Assembly (NCBI GenBank): GCA_026770705.1
Contig: JANJGN010000012.1
Location: forward strand, 29,946,001 to 30,010,000
Origin: Isurus oxyrinchus
Lineage: Eukaryota
Direction: 5' to 3'
Length of the DNA: 64,000 nt
Numbering within the stretch: the first letter of the stretch is position 1; the number at the start of each line of letters is the position of its first letter. Of the stretch, positions 57,201 through 64,000 are shown in pieces. The position numbers were made by a program, and so were the translations under genes. The notes under the pieces are model-generated. The model made no database searches, was not told the origin of the DNA, and saw nothing but the letters and a program-made list of their open reading frames with translations.

Positions 57201-60200
57201 CTCCAAATATTCCAAGTCAAATTGAATCCACAACATATATTAATGTCCCAGTGACCTGGATTTATTAGATAAAACAGAAATAAAATATAAAAGTGTCAGA
57301 AAATGACTTTTTCAATGTCTTGGTCCAATCAGGTAATTTCCTAACTGCATTGTTTCAATCACCACACACCCAAGCTTCCTCAACCTAACAGAACTGATCC
57401 AACCACCGACCTCACAAAGTGAAAGTCACCTCAAATTACCATAAATATGGGATTGTGATGCTCTTCCTACATTGTGACTCTACATAATTGAATAAGTTAC
57501 CTGTAGATAAGCAGGTGATGCCAATGAATCTCCCCCTTTATAAGGTTACAAACATCCTAAAATATTAGGGCAGAGAAAACCACAGAATATTGAGTTTGAC
57601 AGAACCAAGCCAATATCTTTGTTAGTTATTATCTTCTTCAAGACAACAGCGGGGGGCATAACATAGGGCACCTTGGCAATGGCAGGAGTACTTCTGCTCG
57701 TCTGTAGGCTAATTAAGGCCTTACCTGGCCAATTAATAGCTTCTTAAGGGCCTCTTCCCACTATATTTGACCAGAGGCAGGAGTGCCTAGAGCACATGGT
57801 GAGTCTGCGCTATCTAGGAGGCTGTCTCCTGTTCAGCCATCCTATCACCAACAGAGCCAGCTGTCCCCAAGTTATTCCTCCCATGATTCTGTGTTCCCTT
57901 ACCGCCCTCCTGAACCCAGCCCTCTTCTGCCTTCACTGGAGCCTGCCAGTTGAGCCCCAGCAAAACCTTGGGCTTACCCAGTTTCATGGTTCCTCTGATT
58001 GCAAACTCTCTGTAGTCCCAGTTGAGGTAACTGCTCCTTCTGGCATTGCTGGGATTTGAGAGCTGTTGGCCATCTGATTGGCAAGAACTTCCTAGCCTAT
58101 GAGATCTGAAATCCTACCCCGAGCCAATGAACTGGCTGATGGTTATTAAATTGACTTGTGCCATCCCAGCCAAGTGGAGACCCTAAAGGAAAGACATCTG
58201 CCATCCTTGCTTTGTCTGGCCTACATGTGACTCCATACCCAAAACGATGTAGTTGACCTTTAACTGCCCTCTGAAATGGCCTATTAAGCCACTCAGTTCA
58301 AGGGCCATTAGGGATAGGCAACAAATGCTGGCCTTGCCAGTGATGCCCACATCCCATGAAATAATAAACTTTTAAAAATATGGAGGGGCCACCACCTATG
58401 CAGAAATATTCCCCCACAAATCACAGTATTTCCTTTGAGCCTCAGATGTTAAAGTAGCAGGTACACAGGATTTCCCTTAACCAATGCTGTTGAGGAATGT
58501 CCTATTAGATGATTGGAAAATGATGGAGAACACATTCAATCACAATGCCTTATCCACATGTGGCCAGGTAAGCTAATTCTACTGAAAGGCTTCAGCAACC
58601 TAGGGCAAAATCGTCCGTGCCCACTGGCGTCAAGTGTGTTCAAGGGTATGGTGGACAATATGGCGAGAAGGCCAAAAACCAGTTTCACGACATCGTTAAA
58701 CCAATTTGCGATCATCTGCTCAGCCTGTTGGTGGGCCGCGTTCCCCACCGCAGGATGTCGGGAACCTCATTGTAATCCATCAGCATATCATTATAAGGCC
58801 AGCCCACCGGACTTACCCACCGCGCCCCCCCCCGCCCCCCAACCCAGCCTGGATCATCTGCCCACGTCAGCGGGAACACAAACCAGTGCAGAACATGTCT
58901 TGACAGCTTTAACGTGCAGGACTTGGGACTTACCGCCAGGGCCTTGTTCACATCACCAACATCCGAGGAGCAGAAGATGCTGGAGCCTGACAACAACGGG
59001 ACCCTGGAAGAGCATCCATGACATGCTGGGTGGGTTCTCATGGACATGGCTCTGCTACAAAGCAGCTCACGGAAGTTGGAAAGTCACCCCTGATGCTCAC
59101 GATGGATAATGCTTGAGGGGATGGGAGAGGAAGGTCTAGGATCAACTGGGAGAGAAAGAAGTGTCAAGGGTGTGAGGTTGGGGAGAGGATTGAAGGTGTT
59201 TGGGGGTGATTTTGTGGGGAGGGGGGTAACGGGGGAGAAGATGGCAACTGGGGAGGTAGGTGTAAAGGGGGTGGAATGGAAGGAGTTTGTAGGAGGAAGG
59301 AGTGCAGCAAGGGGAAGGAGTCCAGGAGGAGGGAGTCTGAAGGGAGGAAGGAGTGCAGAGAAAGGAGGGAGTAAGGGTGGAGGAAGAAGTAAGGGTGCGG
59401 GAAGGAGTCAGGAAGGGGGAAGGAGTGAAGCTGGAAGAAGAAGTGAGGGTGTCTGAGGGAGTCAGGAAGGGGAAGGGACTAAGTGGGTAGGGAGTCCAGG
59501 GGGGTGGGATGAAGAGGGGGGAAGGGGTTCTGGAGGGAAAGTGTTCTGGGGGGGAAGGGGTCCAGAGGAATGTAGCATTTCTGAGGTGGGTGGGGGGTGG
59601 GCGGGTGGGGGGGTGGAAGGGGTCTGGAGGGGGGGAGGTGTTTCAGGGTGGGGGGGGGTGAAGGGGTTTGGAGGGGCGATGTCCAGGTGAACGTGCAAGG
59701 GAGGGGTCTGATCGGTCCATGACTGCCTCCTGGGGAGCAAACTGAGGGTGGGCGGGGTATGTGGGAATGGTGAGAATGACCGAGGGCAGATTGAAACAGT
59801 AGGGTAGAAGGGTGAGGGTTCAACAGTAGCGGTAGAAGGGACAGTGAGGGTGGTTGATGGGGACTCAAAGGCAGACACGGACCCTGGGGGTGAGACAGAA
59901 GAGGTTGGGGAGGTGAATGTGGATGGGGGTGGGATTTGCGGAAAGAAAGGGAATGTGCACATTCACCTGGATATCCCCGATGGAAAACGATTGTGACTGG
60001 TAGGTCACGGAGGGGAGGTGGAAGGTGAAGCCAGGGGGCGTAAACTGTAATGGGGGTAAGGAAATGGGTGACTGGGGAGGGGAAAGGATGGGGTAGCTGA
60101 CGAAAACGTGAATCCAAACCATGCTGTCTAAACTGAAAGTGAAATGACAGTCGTGGTGGGTGAGATCAGGTGCTGCATAGGAGTATGACCATTGGGTGGG

Positions 60201-63200
60201 CAGAATGCAGGTCAGCTCAGATGGACAACTGAAAGTGAACCCCAGCAGGCAGCATTCAAAATGCTCAGGACATTGAGATGAGTGTGAAACGTGAAGGATC
60301 CGCGTGCATGGGAATTCTTGCAGAAGGCTCTGAAAGGCCCTGCCATACACATACTTCTCCCTCCAGAATCACTCGTTGGCCAGCTGCTCCATCTGCGGTG
60401 AAAGAGGATGAGTTTGAGGGGTTCACAGGCAAAGGGGACTCGGAGGGCGAGGACAGCCTCAGATTCCTGACTGGATGATCCAGGAGTGTCCAGCTGCTGC
60501 TCCTCCTCCCTTTGGGTGCCCGGGGGCCCCAGCCTGACTCCTTGAGAGGAAGAAGCACCTGGAGGGACATTGAGCTGCCCCATTTCCCTCTCGTGTTGCC
60601 ACTGCAGGAACTCACCTGTGACTCCCGCGATGGAGTGCAGGTCTGCACACATCTCCGTGTTCTGCTGGACCAGGGTCTCCATGGCCTCCGCCTTCCTCCC
60701 CATGGAGACCTTCATACATGCACATGTGGGTAGCACTTCATCAGAGAACAGGCGGATGCACTCCTCCAACTCACGTGCCACTCTGTTGAGAGCTTCCAAC
60801 AGCTCTGCATGATGTTCCCATGCCTTCTGCTGATTCTCCAGGATAAGCTGGAAGGCCAAATCCAGAGGCTTGTCATCTGACTTGGACCTCACAGGTGCCT
60901 GATCCCCAGCAGTCCTCCGAGTGCTCACATGACCCTGCCTCCTGCTGCTGCGGGCAGGTGTCTGTGCAGTGACCACCAGATTGTGAAACTGATCCTGCTC
61001 TAGATTTAGGTCCAACTGAGGTGTGTGTGTCTGCACTGGTGGAGGGTGTGGGTTAGCGTTATGACGGGTCTTCCAGGCTGCTTATTTCCAGCTCTTCAAT
61101 GAAGGAGGTGTCCTCTTGGTTGGAGGTGAGGACCTGGATGGATCGAGACGGGCTGGCTGAGGCTGTCAGTCACTACGCAGAGCTCCCTGTGAACCAAAGT
61201 AGAGATAATTAGTGCATGGCAGCAGAGTCAAAAGCAGGAGAGGGAGCTTTCATATTTGTGTTGAGAGAGGGGTGATGTGGTGCAGGATCCTCATGAGGGG
61301 GTAAGTTGCCGACCTCATTGTCGCTGCAGGCACAGTCCGCACCCTCACCAGTCAGTGCAGTGGCATGCTCCTCAAAGAGAGTGAGGGGCCTAATGTGGGC
61401 CACTCCACCCCCGGTCTGGGACCTCTTCCTGCTGATGTGAGTCAGCTTCTCCTGAGTGAAAACAAGTAGAGAGAGTGTGATCAGGACACAGGGCACTGCG
61501 TAGAATGTTTGTGTGGTGAGTGGAGCCATGGACGGGAAGAGGACGCGAGCTCAAGAGGATATGAGCCTGATGGAAATTTGAGGGCGTGTGAGAGAATTAG
61601 TGGTGTCCCTGTGGATCTGTGATGGGTCTGTGAGTGTGTGAATTGAGAGTGACAAGATGAGTGAGTTAGCCTGGCGGAATGTATGAGACCATTCATCCTG
61701 CAGTAGCACTGGGTGGCTGTCCTCTTTTGCAGGGCATTAGTGCTGACCACTGCTGCCACCACCTCCCATGCTGGATTGGTGATGCCACTGGCTCTCTTGT
61801 GGCAAGAGAAGGGATAGAGGACATCACAGCAGGCCTTGACGGCATCCAAAAGGTGCTCAAGGGACCCGTCACTAAACCTGGGGCCTGCAGTCTTTTTGCT
61901 TTCCGTGCAGCAGTCATGGGTTGGAAGCACTGAGAGGTGTGCGCATGGCTGCATTTTAAATATGGAGCTTGGCATGATGAAGCGGCGAGGTGATGGCATG
62001 ACAGGCAAATAAGAGCCTGTCCGCCGTGGAAACAGCGTGTTTCCTGGGAATACGTAATTAATTTGGGACAATACGGCGTGAAAAGCCGCCATTGCGGCCG
62101 GCAGGTAAAACATGGTTTTAATTGCCCGCTACTGCACTTAGTGCAAATCTGGGACTATTCTACCCCTACTGTTGAGTTGGGTCAGTGGCCAATTGCAACA
62201 TATGCACTAAACTGGCATTGAGTTCTGAGTAATTAAGCTTTCTGCTATTGAATAACCTCAGCCTTCTCAACGTGCACAGCCACCAAAATGGACTGAGCTG
62301 TAAAACAGCCTGCCTTTTCAAGTATCATGCACCATTATTTAAGAAATTATGTGCAGAATTTTGCCATCGGCGAGCAGGGGGCGGGGCCCACTCGCCGATG
62401 CGTAAAATGATGCAGGATGACGTTGGGCGGAACCCCCGACATCACCCCCGCCCGACTTAAATTTTCAGGAAGGCGGGGGCGCAGCAAAATCATCTGCAGG
62501 CCCGCTGATCTGTCAATGGCCACTTGAGGTCATTGACAGGATCAATTAAGCAACTAAAGGACCTGCCCGTCCAACCTTAAGGTTGGCGGGGAGGCCAGGA
62601 GCCCTGGCGGCAAATAGAGAAAACATGAAACCTCATCCACCGGTGGGATGAGGTTTCATGCAGGGTTTTAAAAATTGTAATAAAGTTATTCTGTAAATTA
62701 TGAACATGTCCCAACTCATGTGACATTGTCACATGAGGGGGACATGAAAGGGAATTTTTTTTTTCCATTTATAATATTTTTCAAAGTCTGGGCGATCTCC
62801 CTCGCTTTCAGGGATTCCCCCCTGCCCGCACAGGGAGCGCATAGTACTTCCCACCGGAGGTCACGCTGGGCGGGCCTTAATTGGCCCGCCCATGTAAAAT
62901 GGTGGTGTGGCCCGCTTCGCTGGCGGGGATCAGCTCCGTGCCCGCAGGAGATTGGGTCGGGCCCGCCTGCCCAACAGACAGAAAATTCTGCCCCATGTAT
63001 ATGTCCCAATCTTTATTTCACTCTCTGTAATATGTTTTAAAAGTTATTTTATTAACTTTGCTTTTCATTTCCTGGTTGGTTGTCTATGAGAATTTTTTAA
63101 TGTTGTTGGTTACTTGGACATCTTGATGACATCACTGCAGCTTGATGCTAGAAATCCCCATTAAGTAATGCCACAATCAATTGCACATTGAGAGTTAAAG

Positions 63201-63517
63201 TTCTCTCCACAAAGATAGCGAGATGCCTCAGCAAGGCTTTCTTTGAGGTCAGAGGCTAATGTCCATGCTTTGCTGCTGACTGCAAATTTCAGCTATTCAA
63301 TGTTGTGTTTAAAATTTTAATAAAACAAATTAACATGTATGTGGCAGACCTGCAAGTGATGGAAACAGTACAGTTGAGGCAATCTGCACTTTCAAAAAGA
63401 ATGCGAATGCCCAGCAAGTTGATAAAGTTCTACTCTACCATGAATTCCGAGACAACGCAAAGGGCATCACCACCTTAGGAACTTATTCGCTGGACAGCAA
63501 CAGTCTCTTTGTCAATG
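142..63517 (+). CDS. MUC16: Partial multi-exon giant mucin gene, MUC16/CA125-like: ~85 PTS exons, linker, SEA1, ~11 PTS exons, SEA2; continues beyond both window ends
   Basis: AG..GT-bounded, frame-preserving phase-1 PTS exons are followed by SEA-domain exons whose sequence and splitting resemble the MUC16 repeat (FNVTFT.../LNNLY..C..FR/P..EAIC..LY.EF..LG.YSLD..SL.VNG). Orthology is inferred from remembered similarity only. Confidence 0.75.
598..759 (+). CDS. PTS exon, B' type (162 nt, phase 1-1); also at ~17178, 23800, 28041
   Basis: tggcag|CAGAAACA...ACAAGTG|gtgaga; ETSSSSTQTS...TSLPTTS. Confidence 0.8.
1073..1225 (+). CDS. PTS exon, D type (153 nt here, 165 nt in most copies, phase 1-1)
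   Basis: aatcacag|CGGCACAA...TCAAGTA|gtgagt; AQASATNTQTSTVALTS...SLPSSS; missed by the ORF track because it has no start codon. Confidence 0.85.
1519..1686 (+). CDS. PTS exon, E type (168 nt, phase 1-1)
   Basis: aattatag|CAACTGCA...ACAACTG|gtgagt; TAEISTASTQTST...SIPSTT. Confidence 0.85.
1991..2155 (+). CDS. PTS exon, A type (165 nt, phase 1-1)
   Basis: atatcag|CAGCAACA...ACACGTG|gtaagt; ATETSTTNTQTSTAAET...PLPSTR. Confidence 0.85.
2473..2637 (+). CDS. PTS exon, B type (165 nt, phase 1-1)
   Basis: acgatag|CAGCAGAT...ACAAGTG|gtgaga; ADTSSSSTQTST...SLPTTS. Confidence 0.8.
2959..3123 (+). CDS. PTS exon, C type (165 nt, phase 1-1)
   Basis: atcccag|CAGCAGCAGTA...ACAAGTG|gtgaga; AAVSPTNKQTST...SLPTTS. 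Confidence 0.85.
38937..40015 (+). CDS. Three diverged terminal PTS exons of array 1 (38937-39074, 39375-39542, 39863-40015)
   Basis: Each has AG/GT boundaries, length 138/168/153 nt, phase 1-1 and an open PTS frame, but is clearly more diverged than the internal copies. Confidence 0.75.
40713..41072. mobile_element. CR1 LINE ORF2 fragment with internal inversion
   Basis: 40713-40887 is the reverse complement of ~43407-43583; 40898-41072 is a direct match to ~43233-43406 of the nearby CR1. Confidence 0.85.
41519..41662 (+). CDS. Unique Ser/Thr-rich linker exon (144 nt, phase 1-1)
   Basis: ttttctgcaacag|AATCATCA...ATGACAG|gtacag; SSSIVTPSGRETPSTSIQ...TTSPMT. Confidence 0.75.
41809..44283 (-). 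mobile_element. 5'-truncated, inactive CR1-clade LINE (shark HER1-like); ORF2 endonuclease tail and reverse transcriptase
   Basis: ORFs 43753-44232 and 42423-43766 carry CR1 motifs (VPEDWRTANMVPLFKKG, LDFSKAFDKVPH, GVPQGSVL, FADGTK for FADDTK, RDLGVHV). There is a frameshift at ~43760. The 3' tail reads ...TGCTGTAGACCTCTATGACTCTATGA on the minus strand. Confidence 0.95.
42423..43766 (-). pseudogene. CR1 reverse transcriptase ORF remnant
   Basis: RT domain motifs are present; the catalytic (F/Y)ADD is mutated to FADG; the ORF is truncated by a stop before the normal C-terminus. Confidence 0.9.
44385..44452. repeat. Short fragment of an abundant chondrichthyan interspersed repeat
   Basis: CAGATGCTGTCAGACCTGCTGAGTTTTTCCAGGTATTTTTGTTTTT resembles a repeat I recall from shark genomes; family not determined. 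Confidence 0.5.
45091..45251 (+). CDS. MUC16: SEA domain 1, exon a (161 nt, phase 1-0)
   Basis: cttttatag|TGGAACCC...GAAGAG|gtatgt; VEPPIVPVTVNPNQETQAKEFNVTFTMLTLSFTPSLQNLSSPLYIAKSSNIREE. Confidence 0.92.
45337..45404 (+). CDS. MUC16: SEA domain 1, exon b (68 nt, phase 0-2)
   Basis: ttttctacag|CTCAAT...TTCAG|gtaaga; LNNLYANSKVKSTFLRCQSVSF(R), comparable to MUC16 LKPLFKSTSVGPLYSGCRLTLLR. Confidence 0.92.
45896..46655. mobile_element. Degenerate Harbinger-type MITE
   Basis: Left end GGCCAGAATTTTA, right end TAAAATTCCCAC; GC-richer interior; related sequence at ~57650-58415 in the duplicated intron. Confidence 0.55.
47467..47933. mobile_element. Harbinger-type MITE
   Basis: TIRs GGGCAGAATTTTACAT / ATGTAAAATCCTGGCC; flanks AAC/AAT (imperfect 3-bp TSD). 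Confidence 0.75.
48328..48491 (+). CDS. MUC16: SEA domain 1, exon c (164 nt, phase 2-1)
   Basis: gtggcag|ACCTGCA...GTCAATG|gtaaat; PASDGNSTVEAICTLSANAQQVDKVLLYHEFRDNTGGIDTLGIYSLDSNSLLVN(G). Confidence 0.92.
49002..49028 (+). CDS. MUC16: SEA domain 1, 27-nt micro-exon d (phase 1-1)
   Basis: gatttttcag|GTTACCATGAATCAGCTGTTTTAACCA|gtaagt; (G)YHESAVLT, equivalent to the GF/GY-starting short exon after MUC16 SEA repeats. Confidence 0.85.
49250..49596 (+). mobile_element. tRNA-derived SINE, DeuSINE/SacSINE1-like, degenerate
   Basis: A-box-like TATCAGTTGG, B box GGTTCAAGTCC, Deu-like core GTAAAAGATTCCA..TATTTTGAAAAAGAGCAG, and tail AAAGGTACTACATAAGTGTAAG..TCTTT. Confidence 0.7.
49651..49778. mobile_element. 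128-bp MITE with perfect 15-bp TIRs
   Basis: GGCCAGGATTTTCCA ... TGGAAAATCCTGGCC. Confidence 0.85.
50405..50480 (+). mobile_element. Eroded CR1/SINE 3' tail fragment
   Basis: TGTGGAGCATAAA..CATAGACCACTTAGGCTGAATGG..CTTCTATTCTGTACATTCT resembles CR1-type 3' ends. Confidence 0.5.
50767..55824 (+). repeat. Second, older and diverged PTS exon array (~11 monomers). Apparently intact exons: 50767-50928, 52144-52308, 52864-52998, 53302-53469, 53986-54150, 54779-54913, 55211-55366, 55672-55824. Damaged: ~51144-51329, 51697-51855, ~53600-53680
   Basis: Same exon motifs (TQTST..TSAPASTSTIAPT..SLPSTS G|gtgag) and homologous introns as array 1, but non-identical copies; intact exon lengths are multiples of 3 and phase 1-1. 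Confidence 0.85.
55852..56316. mobile_element. Degenerate MITE
   Basis: Left GGTCCTGATTTTA, right TAAAATCCTGCTC; same TIR style as the other MITEs. Confidence 0.45.
56866..57026 (+). CDS. MUC16: SEA domain 2, exon a (161 nt), GC donor
   Basis: cttttatag|TGGAACCT...AAAGAG|gcaagt; EPSIVPVTFNPNQEMQAKEFNVTFTVLTLSFTPSLQSLSSPLYIAKSSNIRKE. Confidence 0.88.
57115..57182 (+). CDS. MUC16: SEA domain 2, exon b (68 nt)
   Basis: ttttctacag|CTCAAT...TTCAG|gtaaga; LNNLYANSNITSTFSSCQSVSF(R). Confidence 0.92.
58181..58378 (+). mobile_element. 3' end of a shark retroposon (LINE/SINE tail) nested in a MITE remnant
   Basis: ...CAGTTCAAGGGCCATTAGGGATAGGCAACAAATGCTGGCCTTGCCAGTGATGCCCACATCCCATGAA plus A-rich tail; absent from the paralogous intron at ~46590. 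Confidence 0.7.
59110..60095 (+). repeat. G/purine-rich low-complexity tract within the Harbinger element
   Basis: Runs of GGAGGAAGGAGT-like units and many G3-G8 tracts. Confidence 0.85.
60212..61917 (-). pseudogene. Harbinger Myb/SANT-like (trihelix) DNA-binding protein gene, ~3 exons, decayed
   Basis: PRFSDGSLEHLLDAV...AWEVVAAVVSTNALQKRTATQC..RMNGL (61670-61900), then EKLTHISRKRSQTGGG (from 61451), then a coiled-coil-like segment (60212-61036); frameshift near the ATG and a damaged first donor. Confidence 0.8.
62351..62993. mobile_element. Harbinger-type MITE
   Basis: TIRs GTGCAGAATTTT / AAAATTCTGCCC; flanks TAT/CAT; interior related to 47467-47933 (GGGCCTTAATTGGCC core). Confidence 0.78.
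63348..63517 (+). CDS. MUC16: SEA domain 2, exon c (170 nt, phase 2-1)
   Basis: gtggcag|ACCTGCA...GTCAATG|gtaaat; PASDGNSTVEAICTFKKNANAQQVDKVLLYHEFRDNAKGITTLGTYSLDSNSLFVN(G). Confidence 0.92.
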
Positions 63518-64000
63518 GTAAATGCTCATTTTACTCCAATATCTATTTAATATTATTTGCACTGTAAACAGTTTAAAACTTTATTTCAAAGGCATTGTGT
63601 CTCCAGCTGCTCTGTCATCCTGTCAACACCTCCCTCGCAAATGATGGTCTGTCCTTCCTAATCACTTGACTCACCTTACTCTAGTCTACTGGCTGTCTGC
63701 CACTCTTGATCAGTTGGCTTCATCATCCTTGGTCTGCTGCCTCTCACTCACTCTCATTCACTCCTGCTTTTTGATTCCAGCTTGCTATTGTTCTGCTGGC
63801 CCCTGCTTATTCATCGTTAAATCAAAGAGATAACAAAGACAAAACACACATTATTGTACTTTCCATTTAGCATTTCAGAAGTTCAATTTCTTACAAAATG
63901 TGGAACATCTTATCCAAGCCATCACGTTTCTGACTCTTATTTAATTTACAACAAACTCATGTAATTAATTGCAATTTTAAAGGCAAGTATTTTAACCAGT

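Larger units (their letters stand above)
58603..62165 (-). mobile_element. PIF/Harbinger-type DNA transposon (3563 bp), non-autonomous and decayed
   Basis: TIRs GGGCAAAATCGTCC / GGACTATTCTACCC (11/14 match); 3-bp TSD CTA; empty site in the paralog at ~46835; encodes a Myb/SANT protein. Confidence 0.88.
56320..64000 (+). repeat. Diverged segmental duplicate of ~44600-48965 (SEA module including introns)
   Basis: Colinear intron homology, e.g. ATGCCAGAATTACTTCTGA at ~44618/56337 and GTAATTAATTGCAATTTTAAAGGCAAGTATTTTAAC at ~48929/63961; interrupted by different insertions. Confidence 0.92.

Noticed and set aside
59109-60117. Gly-rich and Pro-rich ORFs (115-212 aa)
   Set aside because: They are by-products of low-complexity G-rich sequence within a transposon.

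Overview
Eukaryotic genomic DNA, most likely from a cartilaginous fish (inferred from shark-type CR1/HER1 LINE, DeuSINE-like SINE and Harbinger MITEs). The whole window lies inside one very large + strand mucin gene of the MUC16 (CA125) type; neither its start nor its end is in the window. Positions 1-40015 hold about 85 tandem ~480-bp exon+intron monomers. Each has a 135-168-nt symmetric phase-1 exon encoding Ser/Thr/Ala/Pro-rich (PTS) sequence, and the monomers form satellite-like higher-order repeats (5-mer ~2381 bp, 4-mer ~1860 bp, composites of 4241 and 6622 bp). Downstream come a linker exon, a four-exon MUC16-type SEA domain (45091-49028), a second older and partly decayed PTS exon array (50767-55824), and a duplicated SEA module (56866-63517) that has a GC-AG intron. 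Introns carry a dead CR1 LINE, an internally inverted CR1 fragment, a 3.56-kb Harbinger element with a Myb/SANT gene, several MITEs and SINEs. The short ORFs in the supplied track are mostly exon read-throughs or antisense shadows, not genes. All exon calls come from reading splice sites and frames by eye; no expression data were available.
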